Below, piece after piece: positions 62,696-64,000 of a stretch of 64,000 bases of DNA. The notes below the pieces were generated by a model. The model saw only the letters and a program-made list of their open reading frames with translations. It had not been told where the DNA came from and did not search any database. The position numbers were made by a program, and so were the translations under genes. Where the stretch lies: contig CAWBOC010000008.1 in NCBI GenBank assembly GCA_963790305.1, positions 1 through 64,000 of the forward strand. Reading direction: 5' to 3'. The first letter of the stretch is position 1; the number at the start of each line of letters is the position of its first letter. Source of the DNA: an uncultured Gemmatimonadaceae bacterium (GTDB lineage Bacteria > Gemmatimonadota > Gemmatimonadetes > Gemmatimonadales > Gemmatimonadaceae).

Positions 62696-63346
62696 TCAGG
62701 TCGTCGAGGTCGTCAAGGGTGTCGAGGTGATCGAGGAGCAGGCGACGACGTTCCCTCGATCACCTCGACGACCTCGAGCACCCTCGACCACTCTTGCCTT
62801 CTTCCAGTACTCCGGAACGAGGAAGGGCGCCAACGCATACGTAATCAGCGCCTCGTACGCACGCTGCCGGTCGATGAGGCCGAGGGTGAGCAAACCGACG
62901 GCGCCCTGCGCCTGCTTCACGTTCTGCGTTCCGGCCACGCGATCCATCGCGTGGCCGAGCTCGAGGCCGCCGCGCACCAGCTCCGCGACGACCGGCGGGA
63001 GAGGCATGGCAAGCGAGCCTCCTCGTCCCTCGCGATCGCGGCCGTCGACGACGACGGCCCACGCGCAGGTGCGCAGGCCGTCGTCCTCTTCGACCACTCC
63101 GCCCTCGAGCCCGATCCCGAGGTCGGCGCCAAGCGATTCGCGAGCGGCGACCGCGCGAGAGCGGGCGCCGCGGATCGTCTCGTCATCACCCCACGGCTGG
63201 TCGCGCACCGTCGACGGTACCGCGATGCCTTCGACCCGCGCCGCAGGCGTCACCCGCCCGATCACGGCGCGCGCGGCGCCGATCTTCACCGGATTGGTCG
63301 ATCCGACGGCGACGAGGTGGACGCCGGGGAGGAGGTCGGAGGTCAT
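62696..63346 (-). CDS. yjjX: Inosine/xanthosine triphosphatase (DUF84)
   Basis: VGSTNPVK, QPWG..ETIRGA..RA, GLEGG, ELG, GAVGLLT. Confidence 0.88.
   Translation of the reverse strand: MTSDLLPGVHLVAVGSTNPVKIGAARAVIGRVTPAARVEGIAVPSTVRDQPWGDDETIRGARSRAVAARESLGADLGIGLEGGVVEEDDGLRTCAWAVVVDGRDREGRGGSLAMPLPPVVAELVRGGLELGHAMDRVAGTQNVKQAQGAVGLLTLGLIDRQRAYEALITYALAPFLVPEYWKKARVVEGARGRRGDRGNVVACSSITSTPLTTSTT
62697..62793. repeat. Palindrome of 9-nt tandem repeats, TCGAGGTNR family, copy C
   Basis: CAGGTCGTCGAGGTCGTCAAGGGTGTCGAGGTGATCGAGG-AGCAGGCGACGACGTT-CCCTCGATCACCTCGACGACCTCG. Confidence 0.85.
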
Positions 63347-63549
63347 ATGCCGCGGAATGTCGTCGATCGGTCGTCCGTCGTCCAGCGCACCGAGGGAATC
63401 GCGAAGCCTGGCGAGCCTCCGGGGTGCCTAACGACGGCTCCGGATCGCCGGGTGACGAGGGTCACGTCGCGCGCGTCGAGCCCGGATTTTGGCCGCTTGA
63501 TTCGCTCGACCGACCGGGATATGCTTTGTCCCCCGCGCGAAATTACTTC

Positions 63550-64000
63550 ATGTCGCTCCCACTCACAGCCATGCACGACGTCGTTCCGTTCGCCTTCCTG
63601 GGCGAGCGGCTCTGGCTGGACTTCGTCAATACCGACGACGCGCGCCGCGGGAGCCGCGTCGATCTCCTTCGAGATTTCGACGCGCTGGTGCGCTGGCTCG
63701 AAGGTGCCGCGGTACTGGACGGAGAGCGGGGTGGTGGTATTCGCCGGCGCGCACTTCAGCAGCCCGCGGGGGCGACCGCCGCGCTTGCGGACGCGCGGCG
63801 CATTCGAGCGGCGCTGCGATCGCTCGCCGAGCGCGGCATGCACGTGGTCGAGGTGCGCCTGAACGCGGTGAACGAGATCAACCGCGTCCTTGGCCGAAGC
63901 GCCGGCACGCGGCGCCTCGAGGCGCGCGGCGATGGGACGTTCCAGCGTTCCTTCGTTCCGGTGGGCGATGCCTTCGCCGGCCTGATGATCCCGATCGTCG
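63550..64000 (+). CDS. ABATE / CGNR zinc-finger family protein (runs off the window)
   Basis: FLGERLWLDFVNT N-terminal motif; open to the window end. Confidence 0.75.
   Translation, partial: MSLPLTAMHDVVPFAFLGERLWLDFVNTDDARRGSRVDLLRDFDALVRWLEGAAVLDGERGGGIRRRALQQPAGATAALADARRIRAALRSLAERGMHVVEVRLNAVNEINRVLGRSAGTRRLEARGDGTFQRSFVPVGDAFAGLMIPIV

Noticed and set aside
46551..62793. CRISPR or coding low-complexity explanation for the 7/9-nt repeats
   Set aside because: No spacers between units; arms are inverted and mostly intergenic; ORFs across them (RIPHS, RNPQS, VEVVEV) are translation artefacts.

Overview
High-GC (roughly two-thirds, by eye) bacterial chromosomal DNA. Gene content points to Gemmatimonadota (inference): a translationally coupled ECF sigma/Ser-Thr kinase pair, carboxypeptidase-regulatory/TonB-plug proteins, a long-form IspH and many secreted peptidases. 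At least a dozen conserved genes carry single-base frameshifts, most likely long-read assembly errors. The left ~41 kb is an accessory patchwork: hydrolases, ArsR-SRPBCC modules, an SBP56/methanethiol-oxidase-like gene, a Bacillus BglC-like GH1, and gene relics. It is threaded by about 12 intact or decayed integron attC-like sites (2-28 kb), all in one orientation, with no integrase in the window. The right ~22 kb looks more like core genome (cls, Fpg/Nei, msrB, S9/M16/M1 peptidases, ispH, ldcA, yjjX). Between 46.5 and 62.8 kb almost every intergenic gap holds a palindrome whose arms are 7-nt or 9-nt tandem repeats (10 elements, 4 sequence families, one shared architecture). Across the whole window the non-palindromic octamer GCCTAACG/CGTTAGGC is strongly over-represented (at least 17 copies), mostly inside genes. 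No rRNA, tRNA, CRISPR array or transposase was recognised.
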